A stretch of 64,000 nucleotides of DNA from Candidatus Poseidoniaceae archaeon (GTDB lineage: Archaea > Thermoplasmatota > Poseidoniia > Poseidoniales > Poseidoniaceae). The notes beneath the pieces are model-generated. The model saw nothing but the letters and a program-made list of their open reading frames with translations, did not search any database and had not been told where the DNA came from. Positions 43,580-53,500 of this stretch are shown piece by piece. Position 1 is the first letter of the stretch; every line of letters begins with the position of its first letter. Both the position numbers and the translations under genes were made by a program. Where the stretch lies: NCBI GenBank assembly GCA_964218365.1, contig CAXPMI010000037.1:3164-67163 (forward strand), in the 5' to 3' direction.

Positions 43580-44227
43580 GTGAAGGTCGCAGTTCTGTCC
43601 AGTGGTGGAAAGGATAGTAGTGCCGCAATTTGGTGGGCCCAATGCAAAGGTTGGGAGGTAACTCACTTGGTTACAATGCTTGTCAAAGGTAGCGATTCTT
43701 GGATGTTTCAAATCCCAGGAACAAGCCTAGTGGAAAAGCAAGCGGAGTTGTGTTCTTGCTCATGGCTTGGGGTTGAGACCGACGGGGTTGCAGAGGTGGA
43801 AGTAGATGATTTAATGTCGGCTCTTTCTCTTTTACCTATTGACGGAATAGTCTCGGGGGCAATTCGTTCAGATTACCAAAAAACTAGATTGGAAAGGATG
43901 TGCGAAGATTTAGGAATTAAGTCATTTACTCCTCTATGGCATCAATCAAGTGAGTCTCACATGGACAACTTGATTGCAAACGGATTCAAGGTTATGATAA
44001 CCGGTGTGTCTAGTGAGGGACTCGGAGAAGAATGGCTAGGATGTATTTTGGATAAATCTTCGCTTGACAAACTGAAAAACTTAGCATCAAAGTACAGATT
44101 TCATGTTGATGGAGAGGGTGGAGAATACGAAACTCTTGTTGTTGCAGGGCCGCATATGAATGGTGAATTAGAACTCGATTTTGTAATTCAATGGGATGGA
44201 GTAAGAGGCCACCTTGATTTCATTTAA
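43580..44227 (+). CDS. dph6: Diphthine-ammonia ligase (Dph6 / MJ0570-type PP-loop ATPase)
   Basis: PP-loop 'KVAVLSSGGKDSS', plus 'SGAIRSDYQKTRLERMCEDLGI', 'PLW' and 'GEGGEYETLV'. The start is set at GTG 43580 (GGGAG lies 4 nt upstream). The ORF track's earlier ATG at 43448 would be antisense to psmA. Confidence 0.75.
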   Translation: MKVAVLSSGGKDSSAAIWWAQCKGWEVTHLVTMLVKGSDSWMFQIPGTSLVEKQAELCSCSWLGVETDGVAEVEVDDLMSALSLLPIDGIVSGAIRSDYQKTRLERMCEDLGIKSFTPLWHQSSESHMDNLIANGFKVMITGVSSEGLGEEWLGCILDKSSLDKLKNLASKYRFHVDGEGGEYETLVVAGPHMNGELELDFVIQWDGVRGHLDFI

Positions 44228-44291
44228 TTGGAATGTTTGTGCATTATTTTTGACGCGGAATGTTCATGTCCTATACTCATAGGGACTATGC

Positions 44292-45641
44292 ATGGCGTTC
44301 TGCCCTCTAGACTATCGATACGGCTGTCAAGAATTCAAAGAAATTTGGTCCGAATTGGGACGTCATCAGCGTCAACTTGAGGTTGAAAGAGCCCTGGTGT
44401 GGGCGCACAAAGAGATGGGAAAAGTCTCAGAAGAGGATTATGCTAAAGTTGCTGAGATTGCAGTTCCATCGATAGTAACCAAAGAGAGAGTTTCAGAAAT
44501 CGAAGCGGAAACCAGGCATGACATCATGGCACTGACTAAGGCTATGGCAGAGGCTGCAGGTGAAGCTGGTTGGTGTATACACCTTGGAGCAACATCAAAC
44601 GATATCGTAGATACGGCTGTCGGATTACAACTTCGAGATTCAATCATTCTACTTAGAAAGCAATTGTGTAACTTAATCGATGTAACCGCTAACCTTGCAG
44701 AGAGAGAGCGTAATACAGTAATGCTTGGTCGAACTCATGGTCAGGCTGCAGTACCGATCACATTCGGACTAAAAGTCGCAGTTTGGTTGGATGAGATGAG
44801 AAGACAGTTGGTCAGACTCGATGAAGCAACACCTAGAATTGCAGTCGGAAAATTCCTTGGTGCAGTAGGCACAGGAGCGGCTCAGGGTGATGGCGCTAGA
44901 GAGTTACAGAGGTTAATCCTCACACACCTTGGGTTGCAAGTTCCATTGGCAACAACTCAAGTTGTAGGTCGAGACAGGTATATCGAATATGTTTCTTGGC
45001 TATCCAACGTTGCGTGTACATGCGAGAAGATTCTGCAGGAAGTTAGGAATTTGCAGAGATCTGAAATCGCAGAAGCAGGAGAAGGATTTGATGTAAAAAA
45101 GCAGGTAGGTTCCTCTACGATGGCCCACAAAAAGAATCCAATAAAGTCTGAAAATGCATCTGGGCTTGCAAGAATTGTTCGCTCATTTATCATTCCAACG
45201 TACGAAAATGCTCTACTTTGGCACGAAAGGGACTTGGCAAATTCAAGTTCCGAGAGATTCACACTTTCTCATGCCTCTGCTTTGTGCGAAGATGTGATAG
45301 CAAAAACAGCAAATGTTCTGACAAATCTATGGGTTGACGGGGAAAGGATGCTTGCAAACATTGCTAGTCAGAAAGGTCTAGTTATGGCTGAAAAAGTGAT
45401 GATCGAACTTGTAAGCCATGGTGTAGGGCGTGACGAATCGCATGAGATTTTGAGGTCTGCATCCTTCGAAGCAATCGCAAACGGCGAAGAATTGATTGAT
45501 GTATGTGCTAGAACCCCAGCAATCGCAGCAGCGTTTAGTGCTGAAGAACTTGAAGCGATGTTCGACCCAGCTAACCATATCGGTGTCTCAGGAGAGATTG
45601 TAGATGAGGCTGTTGAACTAGCAAGAAATGCTATTCAATGA
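44292..45641 (+). CDS. purB: Adenylosuccinate lyase
   Basis: The N-terminal 'CPLDYRYG', the fumarate-lyase signature 'GSSTMAHKKNPIKSEN', and 'TSNDIVDTA'. Confidence 0.9.
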   Translation: MAFCPLDYRYGCQEFKEIWSELGRHQRQLEVERALVWAHKEMGKVSEEDYAKVAEIAVPSIVTKERVSEIEAETRHDIMALTKAMAEAAGEAGWCIHLGATSNDIVDTAVGLQLRDSIILLRKQLCNLIDVTANLAERERNTVMLGRTHGQAAVPITFGLKVAVWLDEMRRQLVRLDEATPRIAVGKFLGAVGTGAAQGDGARELQRLILTHLGLQVPLATTQVVGRDRYIEYVSWLSNVACTCEKILQEVRNLQRSEIAEAGEGFDVKKQVGSSTMAHKKNPIKSENASGLARIVRSFIIPTYENALLWHERDLANSSSERFTLSHASALCEDVIAKTANVLTNLWVDGERMLANIASQKGLVMAEKVMIELVSHGVGRDESHEILRSASFEAIANGEELIDVCARTPAIAAAFSAEELEAMFDPANHIGVSGEIVDEAVELARNAIQ

Positions 45642-46068
45642 TGGATGATTCATCAGTCTGGTTCATTGCATACCTTACCAATACCATCGCAATCAACGCC
45701 GATATAGTGAAAGCAATACCTACCATCTTTGACATTGTGTACCAGAGTATGATAACTCCGAATAATGAAACATATGCAACAACTTGACACAGCGCTGATG
45801 CAAAATTTAATTTCGATAGCATTTCTTCATTTAGTTTCCCTTTGTTTTCAAGCAAGAATGTGTAAATCAAAAAGTAAATTCCTTGGAACGGAATTGTCGA
45901 AGCGATGAGAGTCAACGCAATTTCTCTCTCATAACTGTAATGTTTCTCTTGTTCTATACCCTGAAAAAGCATTACTGCCGTGCTAGTTCCGAGAAGAGCA
46001 GCCATTATTGTCCATCTTTTGTCTTGTGATGAGGTTCTACTCTCGACGTTGACAGAACCCTTGCTCAT
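45631..46068 (-). CDS. Hypothetical 4-TM membrane protein
   Basis: A 145-aa protein with clear hydrophobic helices. It is preferred over the overlapping plus-strand ORF 45980-46390, which has no protein-like features. Confidence 0.45.
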   Translation of the reverse strand: MSKGSVNVESRTSSQDKRWTIMAALLGTSTAVMLFQGIEQEKHYSYEREIALTLIASTIPFQGIYFLIYTFLLENKGKLNEEMLSKLNFASALCQVVAYVSLFGVIILWYTMSKMVGIAFTISALIAMVLVRYAMNQTDESSIIE

Positions 46069-46143
46069 GTTTCACTCGTTACTTGGTAGGGGTTTGTATA
46101 TTGCCCTTGATAAACAAGGTAATTCTGTGTTTTCTTTACCAAC

Positions 46144-46359
46144 TCAGATGTACCTGAATCCAAGAAGTATTCCACCAGTTATTGTAGCAACGATCATGAG
46201 AAGCACAATCATAGAATGCGGGCCGTATTCGTTAGTATCTTCAAGAGCGGTTTTCAGTAGTCCATCTCTTTTTATGCCAGCACCTAAACCTCCTGATTCA
46301 GAGAATTCTGGAAGTGGTCTTCTAGGGATTCGTTCTCCTTTGCGGAGTTCTCCGGCCAT
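46144..46359 (-). CDS. Small tail-anchored membrane protein, possibly Sec61-beta/SecG
   Basis: 71 aa. 'GGLGAGIKR...EYGPHSMIVLLMIVATITGGILL' loosely parallels archaeal Sec61-beta ('GL-x-SAGL-x-RY...KPEHV + TM'). The call is tentative. Confidence 0.35.
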   Translation of the reverse strand: MAGELRKGERIPRRPLPEFSESGGLGAGIKRDGLLKTALEDTNEYGPHSMIVLLMIVATITGGILLGFRYI

Positions 46360-46416
46360 GTTTTGGCGTCGAGGGATTGGGTCTTATTGATTTTCATCAT
46401 AAATTGGGAAAGCAAT

Positions 46417-46998
46417 ATGTTGGATGGTTATTTGCACACAATCATGCAAGAGCCTACTATAGCCGATATGTCGATAACTGACGAGCATATTGTAGTGGCA
46501 AGTAAGACTCGCGTCAGTTCAATTTGCCAAGAACTCTCCAAAAATCCAGATTACGCTGTCTTGGTCAAGAAAGGTAGTGAAATAATTGGCGTTGTAACAG
46601 CAAGAGATATCTTCGCTAAAATGGCTGAAGGAATGAATGCTACCAAGGTAAAGGTAGACAAAATTATGCGAACAGAAATCCTCACTTTAAGAGCAGACAC
46701 TCCCCTGTCAAAAGGCCTTAACATGTTGAGCAATTTGTCATCAGACGCAGTTGTTGTTACTGACGCTGAAGGTGATTTCATGGGATACTTTTCAGTTAAG
46801 GATTACAGGGAAGCAACAAGGAAACTAGAAGCACACCAACTGCTTTCATCTAGACTTTCAAGGTCTAGAAAAGCAATTTCCAAACAGTCGGAAGAAAACG
46901 AAGAAGCAGGTGGCGATTTGCTTGATTTGCTCCTCGGTGATAATCTCGATGAAGAAGAGGATGAGCATGAAGTGCCATCAATGATTAGTCTGGATTGA
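46417..46998 (+). CDS. CBS-domain pair protein with acidic C-terminal tail
   Basis: Two CBS-like units ('VLVKKGSEIIGVVTARDIF' and 'VVVTDAEGDFMGYFSVKDY'). The start is set at ATG 46417. The tail reads 'DNLDEEEDEHE'. Confidence 0.65.
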   Translation: MLDGYLHTIMQEPTIADMSITDEHIVVASKTRVSSICQELSKNPDYAVLVKKGSEIIGVVTARDIFAKMAEGMNATKVKVDKIMRTEILTLRADTPLSKGLNMLSNLSSDAVVVTDAEGDFMGYFSVKDYREATRKLEAHQLLSSRLSRSRKAISKQSEENEEAGGDLLDLLLGDNLDEEEDEHEVPSMISLD

Positions 46999-47007
46999 GG
47001 TTTATCG

Positions 47008-47580
47008 ATGAAACTATGGCGAGCAAATTTAGATGGTTCCTCTATTCATCTTGCAGTAGAGGGTTCATGTGGAGGTACTACACTTGGACTCCAAATGGCT
47101 AAGCAGGCCATTTCTGATGGTGGCAGGGTACTTTGGGCCTCCCCAGAAATGCCAAATGCTACTCGTTTTTCACAGATATTTTCTGACATTTCTTTAACTG
47201 AATCCTCAAGATTTCATGCTATGAACTTGGTTGGAAACGTTGACCAAGCTTTGGATTCTCTCCAAAAAACTGCGACTGCTTTACCAAACGTTTCTTTGGT
47301 TGTTCTTGATGATTACTGCCCAGAATCTGGTCAAATACCAGGAGATGTAGTCGCTGCCGTAAACAATTTGATTGCAGAAACCAATTGGACTACCCTATTG
47401 ATTTCAAAGGGAGGAGTGTCTATGGAATCCGAACAGCCAATTACTGCTAGGAGTAGAAATAAGATCAAGTCCGATGATGTCTGGTTACTTACTCGACCAA
47501 ATTCGGATTCAAAACGAGTTTTATCCACTTCAGAATTTCAAACGCCATTGCGACTTGTAGAAGAAGGATTCATTCACTGA
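47008..47580 (+). CDS. RecA/KaiC-superfamily-like protein with degenerate Walker A
   Basis: 'IHLAVEGSCGGTTLGLQMAKQAISDGGRVLWAS' aligns by eye to the KaiC/RadA 'G-x-x-G-x-GKT-x-L-x-LQ' region but lacks the Lys. 'SLVVLDDY' is Walker-B-like. Confidence 0.5.
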   Translation: MKLWRANLDGSSIHLAVEGSCGGTTLGLQMAKQAISDGGRVLWASPEMPNATRFSQIFSDISLTESSRFHAMNLVGNVDQALDSLQKTATALPNVSLVVLDDYCPESGQIPGDVVAAVNNLIAETNWTTLLISKGGVSMESEQPITARSRNKIKSDDVWLLTRPNSDSKRVLSTSEFQTPLRLVEEGFIH

Positions 47581-47813
47581 TCTTCGTCTTCACCGAGCAA
47601 CTTTGCCATTTCTTCTAGGGCTTCGTCATCCGGTTCATCAAATTGCTCTGGGTTCTTGGCGGCACCATCCAATATATCGTCGCCAGCCACCGCAGGAGCA
47701 GCATCTTCTCTTGCCTTTGCAAGGTTTGCACGGCCACGGTTTGTGACATACCAAATCATACCTAACAAAGTAAGTCCGAGGATAATGTAGGTCATTTCAG
47801 TTGAATCTACCAT
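47574..47813 (-). CDS. Hypothetical small single-TM protein with acidic tail
   Basis: A TM helix 'MTYIILGLTLLGMIWYV' is followed by 'DEPDDEALEEMAKLLGEDEDQ'. The start is set at the internal Met to avoid an 83-nt overlap with tiaS. Confidence 0.35.
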   Translation of the reverse strand: MVDSTEMTYIILGLTLLGMIWYVTNRGRANLAKAREDAAPAVAGDDILDGAAKNPEQFDEPDDEALEEMAKLLGEDEDQ

Positions 47814-47853
47814 GGAGGGTGCTAGTAGTTGTTGCCTATCAACATTTATGATA

Positions 47854-48975
47854 TCAGAGTAATGATTTTGCGAGATGTCTTCTTTTGTCAACTGGTGGTT
47901 GGGCCCATCCAGAGATTGGGGGTTCACGATTTTCAATACTCCATTGCTCGTTACTTTTTTGCTTACACTTTGGACATCTAACCCCTTGATTGGTCCCCAT
48001 AGATTTCATTCGATTTCCACATTTACAAAGTGGCCTTAAGTTTCGAATGGATTTGATTACTCTCATTGCTTCCAGGTGGAAATTATTCTCATACTCCATA
48101 CCCATCCATTCGATTGAATCACCAACCTCCAACCATTGAGCAAGGTTATTCAAATCTCCCGATTCACTAAATGCCATCATACTTCCATTCAAAATTACAT
48201 GTCCACCTTGAAGGACCTCTTTACTTTCAATGGTGGAGTTCTCTATGGATTCTATGTGGTCTCCAGTCGCTTGGTTTGTATTGAAAATTCGCAAACCAAC
48301 GGTCGGAGCACTATTCTTCACTAGAATTTCAGTTGCTTGAGTAGCAACCTCTCTAGTCGTAGCCCTCACTCCAAACATTACAGGGCAGGGACCTCTAGGG
48401 GAAATTAACCCTCTTTTTGTCCTAGGGTCTCTACAAAGGAAAGTTCCCTCTAACTCATCTACCAATCTGAGAGCATCTTCACTAACCAATCGTTCCTTTT
48501 CTCTCCATGCGATACCTTCCCAAGTTGATGTTCTTGCTCGCCATGCACAAGATGCTGCAGCTCCGATGCGGCCTTTTCCGCCCCACTGATGCCCTCCTTC
48601 GTAAAAATCAACATTACCCCTGACCGCTTTCCAGTAGTATTCTTCCTCTGGCTGGTTTTCAAATAGTGTCATCCCTGGGTCTGAAGGATATTGCTGTCTT
48701 TCTGAATGGTCAGATTTTGAGACTTGTCCTTTTAGAGGTAAGATTTTTTCAATCCAGTAATCATCTAGCCAATCGACAATAGTGTCGTCAGAATAGATTT
48801 CCACAGATAATGAAGCGTTCCCCCTTGTTCTTTGCGCAGCGAAAGGCCACAATCTTGTAAGTCGTGGCTCGCCGTACTCACAAGGTAAAGCATCTAGCAA
48901 TTCATGGAAGACTAGGGTTGTGCAACCTCCTTCCAATGAATCTGTGTCATCGATGCCTAGCCACATGTATATCAC
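47854..48975 (-). CDS. tiaS: tRNA(Ile2) 2-agmatinylcytidine synthetase TiaS
   Basis: The N-terminal signature 'WLGIDDTDSLEGGCTT' and a C-terminal zinc ribbon 'CKCGNRMKSMGTNQGVRCPKCK'. This is an archaea-specific enzyme. Confidence 0.85.
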   Translation of the reverse strand: MIYMWLGIDDTDSLEGGCTTLVFHELLDALPCEYGEPRLTRLWPFAAQRTRGNASLSVEIYSDDTIVDWLDDYWIEKILPLKGQVSKSDHSERQQYPSDPGMTLFENQPEEEYYWKAVRGNVDFYEGGHQWGGKGRIGAAASCAWRARTSTWEGIAWREKERLVSEDALRLVDELEGTFLCRDPRTKRGLISPRGPCPVMFGVRATTREVATQATEILVKNSAPTVGLRIFNTNQATGDHIESIENSTIESKEVLQGGHVILNGSMMAFSESGDLNNLAQWLEVGDSIEWMGMEYENNFHLEAMRVIKSIRNLRPLCKCGNRMKSMGTNQGVRCPKCKQKSNEQWSIENREPPISGWAQPPVDKRRHLAKSLL

Positions 48976-49592
48976 ACTGGTCTGAAGTCGTCTCCTTCAT
49001 CGTTTTCCTTGATTCTGCTGATTACTTGACGAATTCCAATGTCTTCGTCGACTTGAAACAGCCTTGCACCAACTGCCCATCCCGCTCCCATATCAGAATC
49101 TCTATCTCCGACCATAAGATCTAACTCGTGATGTGGTTTTGGTTTGTCTTTCCACCAATTTGGTAGTTTGTGCGTTTTACTTCGAATGATATCAGATGCT
49201 TCATTTAGCATTCCAGGTTGTGGTTTTCTGCATTGGCAGCGGTCCCTATTTCGATGCGGGCAAGTCATGATTACATCCACAATTCCAATTTCATCTTGCA
49301 GTTTTTTGTGGATTGCATGAATAGTATCTTGTCCCCAAAGTCCACGCATTATCGCAGACTGATTCGTAGTAATTGCTATTCTGTAGCCCAATTTTCTTAG
49401 GTCTGCAATGGCGTCTTTTGCTCCAGGTATGATTTCTAACTCATCTGGTGAATTGATGTAATTGGGACTGCCATAATTAAGCACACCATCCCTGTCCAAG
49501 AATGCGATTGCGCCATTCCAATCCAAGTCAACCTTTCCAAGGTTAACTTCGGATATTGGGCCTTGCATGATTTCTTCTGTAATAGGACTCAC
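48972..49592 (-). CDS. HAD-IIIA phosphatase (GmhB / histidinol-phosphatase-like)
   Basis: 'AFLDRDGVLN', 'TNQSAI', the Zn-binding insert 'CPHRNRDRCQCRKPQPGML', and 'VGDRDSDMGAG'. Confidence 0.75.
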   Translation of the reverse strand: MSPITEEIMQGPISEVNLGKVDLDWNGAIAFLDRDGVLNYGSPNYINSPDELEIIPGAKDAIADLRKLGYRIAITTNQSAIMRGLWGQDTIHAIHKKLQDEIGIVDVIMTCPHRNRDRCQCRKPQPGMLNEASDIIRSKTHKLPNWWKDKPKPHHELDLMVGDRDSDMGAGWAVGARLFQVDEDIGIRQVISRIKENDEGDDFRPV

Positions 49593-49644
49593 CTATGTGC
49601 GTTGAGGCAAAGCCATTACATGAAGGGGTGTTTAGCGTTATTAC

Positions 49645-50580
49645 ATGGCAGGCGACTATTTGGTCGACAGGTCGATTGCGACCATTGTTGGCGCAATCGG
49701 AATGGTCCTGCTATTCATCTGTTGGAAAAGCAGGAGTGGTAGGTTTGAGCCGCTAGCACCATTTGGATGGGTGATGACTGGTTTTTACTTCTTTAACGAC
49801 ATCACTTTTTACCTTGAACACAATGACCCCGTGCTATCTACAATGAGTGCACTTACTCTACCGGGTGCTGTAGGAATCGCACTTTGGGAGCGAAGGGTGA
49901 CTGAAGAAAAGTACCAAAACGCATTACTTTGGTTTAGAGGCACTGTCGCAGTTGCAGGTCTACCATACCTGTTAATAGCACATGTACCGATTTTGAATGT
50001 AATGGCAATATGGTTTGTCGCATGGCAGTCTGCAGCTCTATTGTCATTTGCAGGAGGTGCAAAAGTAACGCTTGGGGATACATTTGCTAACCCATCTAAC
50101 GGCCAGTCTGTAAATTGGAATGATTGGGAAGGCAATCGTTGGTTCCTAACGGAAGAGATGTCAGAATATTCTTTTCACACCGAGTTGTTGGTCAATGGAG
50201 AACCGATTTACATCAACTTCGTTCTTGCATGTACAGCAATCCAGTCAATGATAATCTTCGTTGGCGCAATATCCGTCCTAGACATTGATTGGAGAAAGCG
50301 AGTGCGAGCGCTGTTTGTTGCTCTTTCTTTGATTCACATTCTCAATCTGTTCAGAAATGCAGGCTTGATTTGGCTTCAAATGGGTTATCCAGATTGGAGA
50401 TGGATGAATCTCTCAATCTTCGAATTTGGTCATGCATATGCAGCAAGATTCGTATCATTGGGCGCAATGTTCCTATTAGCGCTAGTTCTGTTCGAAATGC
50501 TGCCTCAAATGCATAGAAATGTTTTGGCTTTGATGAAGCCGCTAGGTGTTGACCAGAAATCAAAAAAATCTCAGTCATAG
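49645..50580 (+). CDS. Archaeosortase/exosortase-family transpeptidase-like membrane protein
   Basis: A polytopic protein with the family's spaced Cys/Arg/His motifs: 'LACTAIQSM' (compare A-C-S-G-x-x-S), 'LNLFRNAGLIWL' and 'EFGHAYAARF'. Its 3' end overlaps the giant lectin-protein gene by 10 nt, in convergent orientation. Confidence 0.65.
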   Translation: MAGDYLVDRSIATIVGAIGMVLLFICWKSRSGRFEPLAPFGWVMTGFYFFNDITFYLEHNDPVLSTMSALTLPGAVGIALWERRVTEEKYQNALLWFRGTVAVAGLPYLLIAHVPILNVMAIWFVAWQSAALLSFAGGAKVTLGDTFANPSNGQSVNWNDWEGNRWFLTEEMSEYSFHTELLVNGEPIYINFVLACTAIQSMIIFVGAISVLDIDWRKRVRALFVALSLIHILNLFRNAGLIWLQMGYPDWRWMNLSIFEFGHAYAARFVSLGAMFLLALVLFEMLPQMHRNVLALMKPLGVDQKSKKSQS

Positions 50581-53500
50581 AGATCTGAGACCTTCATATC
50601 ATCTGGGACATTCTCAACAGGCGGACCTAAATCCAATGCAGGAGGTACTTCTTGTTGTACCACAGGTTGAGGTATATTCGATGTCATTTGTGACAGCATT
50701 GCTTCTGACATGTTGTCCTTTTGATACTCCTGCCAAGCATACTCTGGGCGCCTTCTTGAACGAACGAACATCACGCCAAGTGCAGCGACTAAAATTAGCC
50801 CTAATACGCCTGATGATACCCAAATAACATCGTTATCTACTGAAGCTATTATGTCAGAATTATCTCCAATGCCGTCTCCATCAGTATCTGTATCTTCGTC
50901 AGGGTCATCAGGGAATGCATCATCCTTGTCTGGAACTCCATCACCATCTCTGTCGAATGGGTCATAGGTAGTTACACAAGATTCTGCGTACTTTTCAATT
51001 TCTTCTTCATCAATCCAAATATCATTGTTGGAATCCATTTCAAAGAAATCGAAATCGTTCTTCCAAGCGATGTTAGAAAGGGTTTCAATGGAGTATCTTC
51101 CATCTCTAGATTCAAGTTGGTCTGTAATCAACATTAATTCGTTATCACAAGAGCAAATTGCTACGGTTATCTCCGACTTGTCCAGTACACCGTCTTTGTT
51201 GGTGTCGTATTCCTCGAACTCTCCGTCGTCATTATCCATTAGCTCTTCCTTCGATATTTCTCCATCTCCATTGGTGTCCAAGTCATCTAGGATACTTTCA
51301 ATGAAATCATCACATTCCATCAAATCATCAACAACAGGAGGCTCAGGGTCTGGGTCAGGGTCGGGCCCAGGTCTTGGTTCGTCGAATTCATCCCACGTTG
51401 CTATTATCGAAATGTCTTCAAGGTCTGAATTCGCATACACCGTAATCTCAACATATCCTGTTACGAAGTAGATGCTGATGTATTCTTCAGCACCATCGCC
51501 ATCTGATTCGTAGAATGTTTCCCCAAATTGTCTACCCATTGGCCCATCGTCAAAGTCCATCCAGTCGAATTCTTCAATTTCTGCAAATAGAGCTAGGTCT
51601 CCTTCGCCACCCCATGTCTTGATTTCCATTTGATTAGCAATAGCATCATCTAGTTCTACAAAGAATAGCAACTCCTCTCCCTCTGGTGCGCTCATCGCAC
51701 CAATTTCTTCACCATTGAAAAGTTGGATAGGCTCTCCGTCATATGACCATACGTATCGGTCTTCAAATGAAGCGGTAATGTCGATTCGACTGTAGTATTC
51801 TTCACTACCTAACATGATGTACCAGCGACCCGGTGTTGGGTCGTTAAATCCGATCTTATCTCCTGCTCCAGGAGCGTTTGAGTGATGGTCGTAAGTTGTC
51901 CAAGTCGGATATTGCTCTAGTCTCATCATCAACTTGGCTTCTCCATCGCCGTTATCTAAGTCAACTTCAAGCCTTTCAGTTCCTACCGGTACGTCGATGA
52001 AGAAATACTGGTCTAAGCCTTCAAATCCAGATAATGGTCCGTAGGATAACCCGTCAGTTAATTCGATTGCAGAATCTGGTTCGACGTTATTTGGTGCATA
52101 TGTGAAGTCAGCTTGAATGGTGACATCTCGACATCCTCTATACGATGTCATCATAATGTAATAAATTCCAGGCTGAGCATCAAACAGTTGCACAGTTTCA
52201 TCATTCCCTTGATTGTATGAATGGTCTGACTTGTCTTGTCCTCCAATCTGTCTACCGTTACTTTCTCCAGTTTCTTCAATAAACCAGCCGTCTTCAATCC
52301 ATCCCCAGTCGTCATAGTAGGGTAGTGCTTGGTAAGCGATGTGAAGTTCGCAGTCTCCATCTCCACCCCATGTATCTACACGCAATTCCGCTAATTCATC
52401 CTGCAGGTCGACATAGAAATACAGGGATTCTCCGCTATTGCGGCTGATCCTTTGGTTTGTAACCGAAATTCCATCGTTTAATTCAGTCATTTCATCCAAT
52501 TCAGGAGGCTCAGGAGCCTCTTCCCAGTAAGCAGTTATTTCTAAATTATCAATGTCATAGTTTGATGATACTGTAATCCAATACGTGCCTTCCTCAGGCC
52601 ATTCGAAATACTCGTAGACGTACAGACCGTAATAAGTCTCTACCTCATAATCATGGTCCCAAGCGGATGGTATTTCATCCTTTGAAATATAGATTTCATA
52701 TTCCGGTTCTTCATAGTAATCTTCTTCCCATTCAAAATCCCAAGAATACATGTTAAGGTAAGCATACTGGGTATTCTCTGGTATTTCCATGAAGAATAGC
52801 AATGTGTCTCCCGCACTTGCAGAAATGTCAGAATAATATTCATCATTTTCTAATTCGATAGCCTGTGCAATGATGGTTCCGTCAGGCATGACCCAAGCAG
52901 CACCATGAATCTCTCCCAACAATCCTTGTGAGTCTTCGGTTTGACTACCCTCGCCTTCTGTAAACTCCCAAAGCGTGTACTCGTCGTTGTTCCCAATTCT
53001 TACATCATCAAGTAATCCACTGAAATAATTGCAATCACAACCTGCTCCCATCCTTCCAATGTATAGTTCATCACAATCTTCTCCAGATTGGAAACAGTCA
53101 TTGGATCCAAAATCACCAGCAGGGATTTGTGAATCATTTACATCGATAAGTCCAGCAGGTTCTTCATTTAGGAAAAATTCTCCCCCTGTACTGGAGTTGA
53201 CTACAACTCTGACATGAGTCCAGACACCATCTTCGATTGACATATTGGAGGTAGGATTTTGCGACAAAGAGTATTCATTTGAGTATGCAAGGTATCCATT
53301 GTTGATGTAAAGCCCCCATCCATAATCGCCTAGCATCGTGATAAACTGAATTCCTGAAGTATCTGCGACATTAATCCAGGCCTCGATTTCAATCAAATCT
53401 GTGAATTCAGGAACTTCGTCATAGATGATTATGTGGTCGTCGTCTCCATCGAATCGTAGAGCATAATCAGCACCTTCTCCAACTTCTACTACTCCGTAAA

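Noticed and set aside
43517-43711. A long N-terminal extension of proteasome alpha (ORF-track start 43711, or ATG 43570) and the antisense-overlapping early start of dph6 (43448).
   Set aside because: GAGGTGG followed 5 nt later by an in-frame TTG (43516) gives a canonical-length PsmA N-terminus. A GTG at 43580 gives a canonical 'MKVAVLSSGGKDS' PP-loop start. The extensions would force extensive antisense overlap.
45980-46390. A 136-aa plus-strand ORF spanning two minus-strand small membrane-protein ORFs.
   Set aside because: Its translation has no protein-like features. The minus-strand ORFs have clean TM helices and sensible spacing.
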